Origin: Methanomassiliicoccaceae archaeon
GTDB taxonomy: Archaea; Thermoplasmatota; Thermoplasmata; Methanomassiliicoccales; Methanomassiliicoccaceae
NCBI GenBank assembly: GCA_963728405.1
Contig: CAVSJV010000013.1
Location: 32,001 to 96,000, forward strand
Reading direction: 5' to 3'
Length of the DNA: 64,000 nt
Below the pieces are notes generated by a model. That model did not search any database. It saw nothing but the letters and a program-made list of their open reading frames with translations, and was not told where the DNA came from. This document shows, piece after piece, positions 10,443 through 20,581 of this stretch (position 1 is the stretch's first letter; the number at the start of each line of letters is the position of its first letter). Both the position numbers and the translations under genes were made by a program.

Positions 10443-10895
10443 ATGAACATCGTAGAACGGTTGAAAGAGGAGCATGTGGAGATACTGGCGTCGATGAACG
10501 AGCTGCTCAGCAGTCCCATCGACGACGTGGAGAAGTATTCGAAGGCGTACCTGGAAGTGATGAGGAGGATCGATGCTCACGAGCGGGGAGAGGAGCAGAC
10601 CATCTACCAGGCATTGTCAACAGACATCGATGTCCGTCCCATCGCCCTGCAGGCCATGGAGGAGCATCGGGTCGTCCGCCAGATACTCAAGGACCTGGCC
10701 GATGTGGAGGTCACCGAAGAGGTATGGCTCCCTCGCCTGGTGGTGGCCAACAATATGATCGCCCTGCACGTTCAGATCGAAGAAGGAAACGTTCTCCCAC
10801 TGGTGCAGGAGATGCTCGACGACACTCAGAAGGAGCTGTTCGACAAGGAGTTCGTCACGGCGGAACAGAGGATCCTGCAGGAACTCCGAAGCTGA
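10443..10895 (+). CDS. Hemerythrin-like (HHE) domain protein
   Basis: EEH, AHERGEEQTIY, EEHR, HVQIEEGNVLP. Confidence 0.88.
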   Translation: MNIVERLKEEHVEILASMNELLSSPIDDVEKYSKAYLEVMRRIDAHERGEEQTIYQALSTDIDVRPIALQAMEEHRVVRQILKDLADVEVTEEVWLPRLVVANNMIALHVQIEEGNVLPLVQEMLDDTQKELFDKEFVTAEQRILQELRS

Positions 10896-10916
10896 GCGTC
10901 GACTCACTTTTATTTA

Positions 10917-11550
10917 GTGAGGAACAATCTCCCGGTCCTGATGGACCTAGAGCTCATCTTCGTCACCGCCTTTGTACTGGAGATAATCTTCTGTGCAATA
11001 CCGGGGGCCATCACCGCCGAGGCATTGCGGTGGGGGGTGAGCAGAGGGTTGCGCCCCTCGCTCCTGGTCCAAATGGGTTCGATCGTCGGCGATACGGTGT
11101 GGGCCATCATCGCCCTAGTGGGGCTTGCGTTCCTCGTGGAGAGCCAGCCGGTGCGCCTTCCTCATCTATCTGGCCTGGTCGGCTTTCTCCGAGGCCCATA
11201 AGGGTGGCATGCCCGAGACCAAGCCCGGTCAAGAGCGGGGCGATTTCATGACCGGGGTCATCCTATCTCTCGGCAATCCCTTTCAGGTCGCGTTCTGGCT
11301 GGGTATCGGGGCGACCACTATTGCGGCCATCGCTCCTGATCCACAGGTCTCTCACTACATCGCATTCATTCTGAGGTTCGAGCTGGCGGCGGTCCTGTGG
11401 TGTTCTGTCTTTGCCTACGAGGTCGGCTATGGTCGAAAATACGTCAACGCTAGGGCCTTCCAGATCATCGAGGTCGTCTGCGGTATCTTCCTGGCCTACG
11501 TCGGCCTGAACCAGTTATGGTCGACCCTCGACTCCACCGGATTTTTCTGA
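10917..11550 (+). pseudogene. LysE family translocator disrupted by a small deletion/frameshift near 11155
   Basis: N-half IPGAI...GSIVGD (10917..11201) and C-half CAFLIYLAW...LGNPFQVAFW (11125..11550) are in different frames. A few residues appear to be missing at the junction. Confidence 0.7.
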
Positions 11551-11645
11551 GCTAGTTTCCCTCGTTCCATCCCTGCCTGGCAACTGTCCACCGGCCCTGG
11601 GGCCGGCAGGGGAGGTTTCCAGGAAGGCGACCATCCTCCCGCCGT

Positions 11646-13328
11646 TCACTGGGTGAAATAGGCCTGGACCCGCGGAGAGGTCGTTTCGATGCGGGCGAAC
11701 CCGAACCGTTCGAACTGGACCACCTTCCCGGTCTCATTGGCCGGGATGTTCTCGGCGACGCCCTTCCTTATTGAGCCGTCGGGCATGTGCACGTCGCATT
11801 CAGCTCCGTCGATGGGGGCCCAGTGCGCGATCTTCACGCCCTCCCGGAGCACACCATGGTCGTTGCCAGTGTATACGCCCTTCCCGTTCTCCCAGCGAAG
11901 GTTGCACAGGTCCTTCAATCGCACCGAACCGCGCTCCTTGAAACCTTTCAGGTCGTCCGCGGTCATAAGGACCCTTACCGGTGCTTTGATGATGTGGTCC
12001 CTGGTCCCCTTCTCCGGGTGGTCCGGATGCAGGGGGGAGCGTGAGCTGATGCTCTCCACGCCGATGATCTCCACCGGCTGGGGGTCCCAGACGAAGAAGT
12101 AACGGTCCGCTATGGGGTCGATGATCTGCTTGTTGAACGCGTACAGGTTGTCCCAGGCGAACTCGATGTCCACGTCCTTCATTCCGACGTCCAACCAATA
12201 GTGGCGGATGGCATCGGCCTGGATGCCTCTTTTGGCCATGGCTCGAACGGTCCCCAGCCGGACATCGTCCCAGCCGGAGTACTCACCGCTCTTGATGCCC
12301 TTTCCCACCGTAGAGGTCTTCAAAATGGCGTCCGGGATCTGGACCAGCCCATAGTGGTGATACCACGGTTTCTTCCAGCCGAAGTAGTCGAACATATACT
12401 CCTGGCGGAAGGTGTTGTTGAGATGGTCCTTGCCCCTGATCATGTGGGTCAGGCCCAGAAAATGATCGTCCACGGCCACCGAGAAGTTCATCATCGGATA
12501 GACGGTGTAGCGGGTCCCGGTTCTGGGATGGGGGATGGAATCCACTATGCGCAGCCCGATGAAGTCACGAACGGCCGGATTGGGATGCTTCAGGTCGGTC
12601 TTGACCACGAACACCGCCTCTCCTTCGCCGAAGACGTGGGACAGCATCTTGTCCAGCAGTTCGTGGGCCGCCTCTGGCGCCTGCTCGTGGTGCGGGCACG
12701 CCCGTCCCTCCTCCTTCATCTTCCTCCAGGGGTCGGCCGGACAGGTACAGACGTACGCCTTGCCCAGGTCGATGAGCTGCCGCGCAATGTCATAATAGAG
12801 GGCGAACCTATCGCTTTGGATGACCGTCTCATGAACCTCGATGCCTAGCCAGGCCAGGTCCTCGGGTATCATTTTATAGGCGTCCGGATCGATCTTGTCC
12901 GGGTTGGTGTCCTCGAGGCGGTCGATATACTTGCCCTTGTATCGCTTGACATATTCATCGTTTAAGATGGCGACCCTGGTGTGCCCAAGGTGCAGCGGTC
13001 CGGAGGGCCCTGGGGCCATGCGCATGATGACCTTTCCTTCCTCAGCGCCTGGCAGGTCAGGCAACACGCTCTTCCGCTCGCATTTGGTCTTCTTCAGGAT
13101 ATTGGGATCACCGATCTCCGCCATCCTGCAGATCTCCTCGAAGGGCATGGCCGCCACCTCGCGGCAGACCTCTTCAGCGGCCGCCGAGACCTCTCTGGCC
13201 CGGGAACGGAGCTCCGGCTGCTCGGCCAGGACCTTGCCCATGACGGCTTTGGGATTGGCCTTGCCCCCGTAGAGGGCAGCATTCTGCAGCGCGTACTTCC
13301 TGATGGCCTCTATGAGTTCGGCGGACAT
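11646..13328 (-). CDS. gltX: Glutamate-tRNA ligase (archaeal type)
   Basis: RMAPGPSGPLHLGH, RLEDTNP, HMIRGKDH and QFERFGF. Confidence 0.96.
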   Translation of the reverse strand: MSAELIEAIRKYALQNAALYGGKANPKAVMGKVLAEQPELRSRAREVSAAAEEVCREVAAMPFEEICRMAEIGDPNILKKTKCERKSVLPDLPGAEEGKVIMRMAPGPSGPLHLGHTRVAILNDEYVKRYKGKYIDRLEDTNPDKIDPDAYKMIPEDLAWLGIEVHETVIQSDRFALYYDIARQLIDLGKAYVCTCPADPWRKMKEEGRACPHHEQAPEAAHELLDKMLSHVFGEGEAVFVVKTDLKHPNPAVRDFIGLRIVDSIPHPRTGTRYTVYPMMNFSVAVDDHFLGLTHMIRGKDHLNNTFRQEYMFDYFGWKKPWYHHYGLVQIPDAILKTSTVGKGIKSGEYSGWDDVRLGTVRAMAKRGIQADAIRHYWLDVGMKDVDIEFAWDNLYAFNKQIIDPIADRYFFVWDPQPVEIIGVESISSRSPLHPDHPEKGTRDHIIKAPVRVLMTADDLKGFKERGSVRLKDLCNLRWENGKGVYTGNDHGVLREGVKIAHWAPIDGAECDVHMPDGSIRKGVAENIPANETGKVVQFERFGFARIETTSPRVQAYFTQ

Positions 13329-13421
13329 CGGATGCCCATTGGTCATCGCTCTTTTCTACCTTTCGTAGGTGGTGGGCTCAGAGGTACCGTTGCCCCACCG
13401 GATCACGGGCGGTCCCGGTAG

Positions 13422-13733
13422 TCATCCCGGGGTGGCGAAAAAAACGTCTAGCACGATGGAATCTTCTAGGATGTCAACAGAATGCAGCTCTCCTGACCCT
13501 ATACTGTAACCGTCGCCGCCGGTGAGCTCGTTCCTATCGTCCCCTATGCTCATGATGATGCGGCCGCTGAGCACCATCCCTATCTGTTCGTTGGTATGCT
13601 GGTGAAGCGGGATGGCCGCGCCCTTCTTAAGGTGGAACTCGACCATCTGGCAATCCTTACCGCAGGCAGCTACCCGTCTCTCCACTCCCGGGAGAGGGTG
13701 ATGCCGTGTGGATCCGGAGCGTTGAAAGATCAT
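13422..13733 (-). CDS. Cupin domain protein
   Basis: PLHQHTNEQIGMVLSG...GDGYSIGSGELHSV...LDVF. Confidence 0.85.
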   Translation of the reverse strand: MIFQRSGSTRHHPLPGVERRVAACGKDCQMVEFHLKKGAAIPLHQHTNEQIGMVLSGRIIMSIGDDRNELTGGDGYSIGSGELHSVDILEDSIVLDVFFATPG

Positions 13734-13863
13734 GCCCACATAATGTGATCGGAGGGGATAAAGCCAGGGCGGCCATCGGCGGCATGTGGCCCAAGGAGAG
13801 ATAAAGAACCTTTTCCGATCCCAATAGGCCCTCAATACCGAGCCCGCACCATGCCCTGCCCCA

Positions 13864-14535
13864 TCAGACGCCAGGGAACCAAGAGGCCAGCTGCTCCGAG
13901 ATGGCGGTGAAGGTGTTTTCCAGTTGGTAGGTGTCGCCGTGACGCGCCTCTTCTATCCTGAGAACGTTCGCCCCCGATGACCTGAGCTCATTGCAGGAAT
14001 CCACGATCTCCGGCACGTCCCGAGAACCGTAGATTATCAGCGTCCTATCGGTCCCATCGTCCCGGCAGGAAGGTAGCTTCTTTAGGATATCGAACACGGC
14101 GTTGGAGTCCTCTGGCCTGACTCGATAGCTTCGTACTTTCTGCAACAGCTCCTGGGTCTTGGCACAGTAGTGCGGATCAAGTGGAGGGGATATGCCGATG
14201 GCGTGGTCGGCACTGCTTATCAATGCAAGACGACCACCCAAAGAATGACCGATGGCCACGATCTTGCCGTACCGCCGGCAATAGCAGATCGCTGCCTCCA
14301 CGTCCATCAGAAAATCGCTGTCCAATGGTAGAGAGTGCTGACCGTGTCCACGGAGATCAATGGCACACGCCGCTAGCCCACATTCGGCCACGCGCCAGGC
14401 CAGCCCCAGCAGCTCTTCCTTGCAACCTCCATAGCCATGAGCTATAACTGCTGCCCCTATCGGAGCGGGCGGGGAGATCATGACGCTGGGTATTTCGTTA
14501 CCAGCGCCCTGAATGGTTGATCGTTCAATGATCAT
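13864..14535 (-). CDS. Alpha/beta hydrolase
   Basis: HGYGG, DLRGHG, nucleophile elbow GHSLGG, GSRD and His near the C-terminus. Confidence 0.88.
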   Translation of the reverse strand: MIIERSTIQGAGNEIPSVMISPPAPIGAAVIAHGYGGCKEELLGLAWRVAECGLAACAIDLRGHGQHSLPLDSDFLMDVEAAICYCRRYGKIVAIGHSLGGRLALISSADHAIGISPPLDPHYCAKTQELLQKVRSYRVRPEDSNAVFDILKKLPSCRDDGTDRTLIIYGSRDVPEIVDSCNELRSSGANVLRIEEARHGDTYQLENTFTAISEQLASWFPGV

Positions 14536-14684
14536 CTCTCTAACCTGGCTATTTCCTTGAGGCCATGTTCAGTGAACAATAAGAATGTGCTGTCCGATCT
14601 TTCCTTTCACGGGTACGTTCGGGGCTAGTCCTCATTCACCCTCCCGCCCCATCCATAATATAACCCTCCTCGCGATTACCGGAC

Positions 14685-15947
14685 ATGGCCCTGCGCAATC
14701 TCCTTGCTGAAATGAAGGATGCCATCATCATCGAACAGGACGTACCGTTGGAATACGAGGTCTCCAAGGTATTGATGAAGGACCAAGCCCGGCCTGTAGT
14801 TTTCACCAAACTGCATGGCATGAGGGCTGCCGGCAACATCTGGTCGACGAGAGAGAGGATCGCCGGGGCCATGAAGCTCAAGAAGGAGCAGCTCATCCCC
14901 AAGATGCTGGAGGCTATGGCGTCCCCCTCGCCTCCGAAGCAGGTCGGAGATGCTCCGTTCATGGACGATGTCCGCACGGAGTTCGATCTAACCAAGCTCC
15001 CGATACCAAAATATTTCCCAGGCGATCAGGGGCGGTACATCACCTCGGCCGTGGCGGTCGCCGAGTTCGAGGGCAAGCATAACGTCTCGTTCCATCGCAT
15101 GTGCCTGTTGGACAAGAGGAGCTTCGCCCTACGGCTCGTCCCTCGACATCTGTACACCATGTGGAAGGGAGCTCAGGCCAAGGGCAAGGACCTGCCGGTC
15201 GCTTTCACTATGGGGGTGTGTCCCCCGGTCCTGCTGGCCGCTGCGACCTCTACTGACTATGGCACCGACGAGATGTACATTGCCTCGTCGCTGAAGGAGA
15301 GAACGCTTGGCTCCCCACTGGAAGTGGCGAAGCTGAACAACGGGCTGCTCGTTCCCTCCCAGGCCGAGATCGTGTTCGAAGGCCGGATCACTTCGAAGAT
15401 GGTGGACGAGGGGCCGTTCATGGATATCACTGGCACCTATGATTCAGTGAGGCCGGCGCCCGTCTTCGAGGTTGACCGCCTCTACATGCGCAAGGACCCG
15501 CTGTTCCATCTGCTCCTCCCCGGGGGCTACGAGCACTACATGATGATGGGCCTTCCCCGTGAACCCATTATCTATCGGACGGTTAACCAGGTCGTGCCGC
15601 GGGTTCACGCGGTCCGGCTGACCGAAGGCGGCTGCTGCTGGCTCCATGGCGTCGTTTCTATCACCAAGAACAAGGAGGGGGATGGCATCAATGCTGCCCT
15701 GGCGGCCTTCTCTGGCCATCCGTCGATGAAGAAGGTGACCATAGTCGACCAGGACATTGACATCTTTGACGACCGCGATGTGGAGTGGGCCGAGGCGACC
15801 CGTTTCCAGGCATCCCGGTCATTGGTGGTCGTTAACAACGCCGCCGGCTCGTCCCTGGACCCCAGCTCCGAGGGCACCACGTCAAAGGTCGCCATCGACG
15901 CGACCAAACCGTTCGGGGCCAAGGGCTACGATCGGGCCAAGTTGTGA
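14685..15947 (+). CDS. UbiD family prFMN-dependent decarboxylase
   Basis: SFHR, VPRHL, EIVFEG, EGPFMDITGTYD, VDQDIDIFD and SLDPS...KVAIDATKP. Confidence 0.92.
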   Translation: MALRNLLAEMKDAIIIEQDVPLEYEVSKVLMKDQARPVVFTKLHGMRAAGNIWSTRERIAGAMKLKKEQLIPKMLEAMASPSPPKQVGDAPFMDDVRTEFDLTKLPIPKYFPGDQGRYITSAVAVAEFEGKHNVSFHRMCLLDKRSFALRLVPRHLYTMWKGAQAKGKDLPVAFTMGVCPPVLLAAATSTDYGTDEMYIASSLKERTLGSPLEVAKLNNGLLVPSQAEIVFEGRITSKMVDEGPFMDITGTYDSVRPAPVFEVDRLYMRKDPLFHLLLPGGYEHYMMMGLPREPIIYRTVNQVVPRVHAVRLTEGGCCWLHGVVSITKNKEGDGINAALAAFSGHPSMKKVTIVDQDIDIFDDRDVEWAEATRFQASRSLVVVNNAAGSSLDPSSEGTTSKVAIDATKPFGAKGYDRAKL

Positions 15948-16685
15948 TCACTCGGCGTTCACGGGATGAGGTTGGGGGGACAAAGGGTTCACCCTGACCG
16001 CCAATAAGTAAAGGTGAGGATAGTTCTCCTTTAGTTGGCGAAGATGCTCGAACCACTCCATCAGCAGGAGACGGTAGATCTGCTGGCAATCCTCGGCCAG
16101 ATGGGCCAGGTCCGCGTCAGGTATATCATTTAGCCTTTCACGATAGACCAGCTCTTCGCTCAGATGAAGGATCGCCCGTAATAGATCGGTGAAACGGTCA
16201 TGCTCCATGAGCACGGAGTTCTCCATCACCCTCGCCAGCTCCGACCGCTTATCTTTCAGGAAAGCATCCATCGCCCTCAGGTCCTCTGGGCCCGGACGCA
16301 GGTCCAGCTGTAGGGCCTCACATCGGGAGATGGCATCGGAGAAATCTCGGTCCTTCCATTCGGCATCGGTGATAAGTTCCGGTTCCTTACAGATGCCCAG
16401 CTTATCCATGCGGAACAATAGTTCGAGAAGGCCCATTCCCGTCTCGCTGAAGAAGATGGCGATCAGGCTATCCAACTTCGAAAGTTTAGCCTCCCGTTCC
16501 TTCCTGACCAGCATTCCGTCGATGATCAGGTATACGAGCAGCACTTCCAGGAAGACGAAGGCCAGGTCCCCAACGAAATAGATGGCGATGTGGCCGAGGT
16601 CATGGAAAATGAGAAAGTCGAGGTAATAGGTGAACAAGCTGAGGACCACCAGTCCAACGGCAAGGATGAGCTGCCAGCGCCGCAT
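15948..16685 (-). CDS. Hypothetical membrane protein with two N-terminal TM helices
   Basis: Hydrophobic N-terminus; motifs FFSETG, LMEHDRFTDLL..HLSEEL..R, YPHLY...NP. Confidence 0.75.
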   Translation of the reverse strand: MRRWQLILAVGLVVLSLFTYYLDFLIFHDLGHIAIYFVGDLAFVFLEVLLVYLIIDGMLVRKEREAKLSKLDSLIAIFFSETGMGLLELLFRMDKLGICKEPELITDAEWKDRDFSDAISRCEALQLDLRPGPEDLRAMDAFLKDKRSELARVMENSVLMEHDRFTDLLRAILHLSEELVYRERLNDIPDADLAHLAEDCQQIYRLLLMEWFEHLRQLKENYPHLYLLAVRVNPLSPQPHPVNAE

Positions 16686-16740
16686 CGAGCCTAATATTGG
16701 ACCCCCCGGGGCAAATAGATGTCGGCAGTCTTGCTCCGAT

Positions 16741-16788
16741 AGGTCAGTGCGGATGTGGGGGAGGACTCATATCCCGCGCCGCTGACCT
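16741..16788 (+). other. Long intergenic hairpin, candidate small RNA
   Basis: AGGTCAGTG/CGCTGACCT and GGATGTGGG/CTCATATCC stems; G-U pairs work on the + strand only. Confidence 0.4.
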
Positions 16789-16825
16789 CCTAAGGGTCGA
16801 CCACGGATAACCCCTATTCGTATGC

Positions 16826-18142
16826 CTACTCGATGGGCTGTCCCCATCGCGCCTTCCTCAGGTCGATGGTCTCATCACGCCTTTTGCCCACGGACACGAT
16901 GCCGATAGGAACGCCCGTGCGCACACTGATGTACTCCAGGTATTCGCGCATTCCTTTAGGTAGGGCGGACAGTCCGTTCTTGCACAGCTCGGCGGTGTTC
17001 TCGTCCCAGGATTTCCAACCGTTCAGCTCCTCGTAGATGGGTTTGGCCCCCTCCACTTTGGAGATGTTCCCGGGGAAGTTCTCGACCCGCTGGCCATCGA
17101 TCTCGTAGGCGACGCACACCTTGATCGTGTCGAGGTCGTTAAGCACATCAAGCTTGGTGACCGCTGTGGAGGTCATCCCGTTAAGGCGAACGGCGTGCCT
17201 CACGACAACTAGATCAAGCCAGCCACATCTCCTCGCTCTTCCCGTAGTGGTCCCGAACTCTCCCCCTACGTTCTGCAGATGCAGGCCTGTCTCGTCCTTT
17301 AGCTCGGTGACGAACGGTCCGGCGCCGACCCTGGTAGTGTATGCTTTTGTAACGCCGATGACCTCACCGATCGCCGACGGGGGTACACCCACACCAGTGC
17401 AGATGCCTGCCGAGGTGCAATTGGAAGAGGTGACGTAGGGATAGGTGCCATAGTCGATGTCCAGCATGGTGCCTTGCGCGCCTTCGAACATGATCTTCTT
17501 TCCGGCCTTGATGGCATCGTTCACCAGGACAGAGGTATCACAGATGTAGGGCTTATAAAATCGGCCAAACTCCAACAATGTCCTCAGAAGAGCGGTCTTG
17601 TCCTGTTCTATCCTGATGCCCAGGGATCCGGCCAGCAACTCCTTGATCGGATAGACCGTCTCGATCCTATCCCGGAGGTACGTCTCGTCGAGCAGATCGC
17701 CCATACGGATGCCGGCCCGGGCGATCTTGTCCGAGTAGCAGGGACCGATACCTCGTCCGGTCGTGCCCACGCCCTTAGAGCCGCGGGCCCGTTCCTCGGC
17801 CCCATCTAGGAGGCGATGGTAGGGCAGAACGATATTGGCCCGGTCAGATATCCTCAGGCCGTTCCCGGTCCGTCCAGTCTTCCTGATCGCTTCCAGCTCG
17901 GTCTTCAAACCCTCGCAATCGATGACCAGGCCATTTCCGATCACCGAAAGCACGCCCTCTCGGATGATGCCCGATGGGAGAAGGTGCAATGCGAAGACCT
18001 CGTTCCCCACTTTGATGGTGTGACCCGCGTTGGCGCCGCCCTGGTATCTTACCACCAGATCAGCATCCTCGGCTAAGTAGTCAGTGATCTTGCCCTTGCC
18101 CTCGTCGCCCCATTGCGAACCTATAACCGCCAAAGTAGGCAT
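16826..18142 (-). CDS. purA: Adenylosuccinate synthetase
   Basis: GSQWGDEGKGK, GGANAGHT, EGAQG, YPYVTSS, GTTTGRARRCGWLD. Confidence 0.97.
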   Translation of the reverse strand: MPTLAVIGSQWGDEGKGKITDYLAEDADLVVRYQGGANAGHTIKVGNEVFALHLLPSGIIREGVLSVIGNGLVIDCEGLKTELEAIRKTGRTGNGLRISDRANIVLPYHRLLDGAEERARGSKGVGTTGRGIGPCYSDKIARAGIRMGDLLDETYLRDRIETVYPIKELLAGSLGIRIEQDKTALLRTLLEFGRFYKPYICDTSVLVNDAIKAGKKIMFEGAQGTMLDIDYGTYPYVTSSNCTSAGICTGVGVPPSAIGEVIGVTKAYTTRVGAGPFVTELKDETGLHLQNVGGEFGTTTGRARRCGWLDLVVVRHAVRLNGMTSTAVTKLDVLNDLDTIKVCVAYEIDGQRVENFPGNISKVEGAKPIYEELNGWKSWDENTAELCKNGLSALPKGMREYLEYISVRTGVPIGIVSVGKRRDETIDLRKARWGQPIE

Positions 18143-18187
18143 CGATTCACCATTGTGGTCATAGGCTACAGTTATATCTAAGTGTCG

Positions 18188-19300
18188 TCAGGCCTCTCGC
18201 GCTGAATCTCGATAGATGTCCAGTACATCTCGGAGAGGCAGATCGGTTCTAATGCCAGTAGGTGTGAAATGGGTCTTGGAGACCCTCCCTGATGAACCGA
18301 GGGATTCCATGACCAGGTCCAGACGCTGAGGTGATACCTTGAGCATCGAGGCGATCTCATCATTCTCGTAGAAGAAGGGGACATCCAGCTCGTTCCTCCA
18401 CAGTTCCAGGTACTTCGTGCACCGCGTCCTGGTCTGAAGGGTCTCCCCCACAGTCATGTTCATCAGCAGTTCCTTATTGTGCAGCGGCCCGAGCCATAGG
18501 GGCCCGATGGACCGAGGCCCTGTCCTCTCGGAACTGACGGTACGTACCCCGGTGGTCCGATCATAATCGATATATCCCAGCCGTTCCAGGGTGGCATCTG
18601 CCTCTCCCCCTCCGTCCCTTACCCGGACATATGTCCGCATGTAGTGGTCCGCATAGAATGACAATAGGCATTCCAGCCCCTTGTCCTCCTTGGCCGCCTC
18701 CCGGGCGATGTGTGCGATCAGTATGCGCACCCCGCTCTCATGACCGAACGGAGAACGCATTGACAACGAACCATACCGCCTTACGCACTTTTTTGGGTAT
18801 GTGCCGGCCAGAGGTGCAGTGTCGGTGGCAGTGATGCCCGCGACCCCATGGCGCTTGAGGCCCTGCATGATCGAGGGGACGAATGGCACCGGTGTGCCGA
18901 ACGGATCAAGGTCGATATAGTCGAAGACCCTCCGAGCCAGAAGGCACTTGAGATCTTCGTTGGACGCCTCAATGTTCGAAAGATGATTAAGCTCGATATT
19001 GGCCCGGATGAACTCGCAGGCCTCGGCATCGCGGTCGTTGGCCACCACCTTGAGGTCCGGTCGCATCTCATGAGCGATGCGGACAGCCCTGGCTCCTGTG
19101 CTGGCCATGGCATCGAGAGCGCTCCTGGCCTGAGGATAGGCGCCCAGGAACATCACCGAGACGTCACGGTTGAAGGCCATCTGATCGTTGAAGAACACGC
19201 GCCCCACTCGCTTTCCTGGTCCCTTCTCGGAGTGGACGGAGGGAACAAAGAGTTCAGTGGCACCTTCAGTTATCTTCGTTGAGCCCTCTGGGAGGCTCAA
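18188..19300 (-). CDS. trm1: tRNA (guanine-26 N2)-dimethyltransferase
   Basis: VFFN..M.FNRD, DAMASTGARAVR, DLDPFGTP, TATD, GPLWLGPLH, THF.PTGIRTD. Confidence 0.92.
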   Translation of the reverse strand: MSLPEGSTKITEGATELFVPSVHSEKGPGKRVGRVFFNDQMAFNRDVSVMFLGAYPQARSALDAMASTGARAVRIAHEMRPDLKVVANDRDAEACEFIRANIELNHLSNIEASNEDLKCLLARRVFDYIDLDPFGTPVPFVPSIMQGLKRHGVAGITATDTAPLAGTYPKKCVRRYGSLSMRSPFGHESGVRILIAHIAREAAKEDKGLECLLSFYADHYMRTYVRVRDGGGEADATLERLGYIDYDRTTGVRTVSSERTGPRSIGPLWLGPLHNKELLMNMTVGETLQTRTRCTKYLELWRNELDVPFFYENDEIASMLKVSPQRLDLVMESLGSSGRVSKTHFTPTGIRTDLPLRDVLDIYRDSAREA

Positions 19301-19842
19301 AGAAGCTCTCCCTTCATCAGCTTCATGATCTTGTAGGGGAGTAGATTTCGATTGATGGGGGTAACTTCTAGGATCCGGACATCATCCCGTCGCCTGATGT
19401 CCTGAAGAAGGGGATTGCGGGATTTCTTGTGAAGGGTCAGAAGCAAAGGTTTCTCGATGTCCAGTGCATATTTCACCGTCTCGATGAACGGTTCGGACTC
19501 AACCTCCATCCGCCCGACCTCATCGATGACGATGACGTCGGCATCCTCGCAGGCTTTCAACAACGCCTTGACCCCAACGTCTTCCAAGGCCTGGAGGTCC
19601 ACACCGAACTTGCCCACCATGAACTTGGACTGAATATCCACATGTGCGAACACTCCGCGTTCCTTGCTGGCCCAGTCGATGATGGCGAATCCGGTCCGTT
19701 TGCCGTCTTCGACGATGGGCTCGGTGACCATTCCACCGACCTTTACCCCCTCGGCCTCCAACATCTCTATGACCTTGAGCAAAGCGTGGGTCTTTCCCGC
19801 GCCAGGCAGGCCCGTTATGCCGATTTTGATAGTGGTGTTCAT
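19297..19842 (-). CDS. Nucleoside triphosphatase (THEP1 family)
   Basis: ITGLPGAGKT, VIVIDEVGRME, VTPINRN. Confidence 0.9.
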   Translation of the reverse strand: MNTTIKIGITGLPGAGKTHALLKVIEMLEAEGVKVGGMVTEPIVEDGKRTGFAIIDWASKERGVFAHVDIQSKFMVGKFGVDLQALEDVGVKALLKACEDADVIVIDEVGRMEVESEPFIETVKYALDIEKPLLLTLHKKSRNPLLQDIRRRDDVRILEVTPINRNLLPYKIMKLMKGELL

Positions 19843-20080
19843 TTTGTCACCGAACAAATAGTAAGCAGATCCCAACTTGCGGAAACGATGCCACCCCGTA
19901 TGGCCCTCCTTTCTTAATATGGTTTTCTAGTGCTGCTTCCATATTAAAATGGGGCGGAAAAGTCCCGTATCGTGGCCAAAGAGACGAATTACGGGGCGAT
20001 CATCATGAATGAAATATCAGATGGCTGGCCCGTTGAAAAGATCGTTCTCCTTCCTTTAGTGATCCAGTGGCAAGTTGGGA

Positions 20081-20473
20081 TCACTGGTCGATCTCTTCGA
20101 TCGAACTTATGTACATCAGGGGGTAGCGGATGTCGTCGATGTAGCGCATCTCGCCGATGGCCCGGACCTTGCCGATGAGGATGGTGACCGTCACATCGAG
20201 CATGTCACCGGTCAACGATTGGTAATCATATTCGTTCCTCTTTCGCTTGAGCCTCTCCCGGCGCACGCGGACCTTGACCGATTCAACGAACGGTTGGACC
20301 TTGACCCCTTCCTCGATGGCCCTCTCCAAGCTCTCGACATTAGAGTAGCTGATCGGGGTTCCGATGAACTGATGATAGACTGCAGCCAGCTTGATCCCGG
20401 CCTCGAACACTGCTCTTTCCCTATCGGTGCAATGAAAAAAGCTTGCTGCCCTTTCCTCGCGTGAGGCTCTCAT
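20081..20473 (-). CDS. mptD: Archaeal dihydroneopterin aldolase family protein
   Basis: TDRERAVFEAGIKLAAVYHQFIGTP...QPFV...YPLMY. Confidence 0.85.
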   Translation of the reverse strand: MRASREERAASFFHCTDRERAVFEAGIKLAAVYHQFIGTPISYSNVESLERAIEEGVKVQPFVESVKVRVRRERLKRKRNEYDYQSLTGDMLDVTVTILIGKVRAIGEMRYIDDIRYPLMYISSIEEIDQ

Positions 20474-20581
20474 CCTTCAGATCTCTCCGTTACTGGTCAA
20501 TACCTCTCCATTCTTATACATGGTGGAAGGGACGGTTAGCATTAATAGCGTTGCTGGACATTCCCCTCCTGCTCGGGGGGG

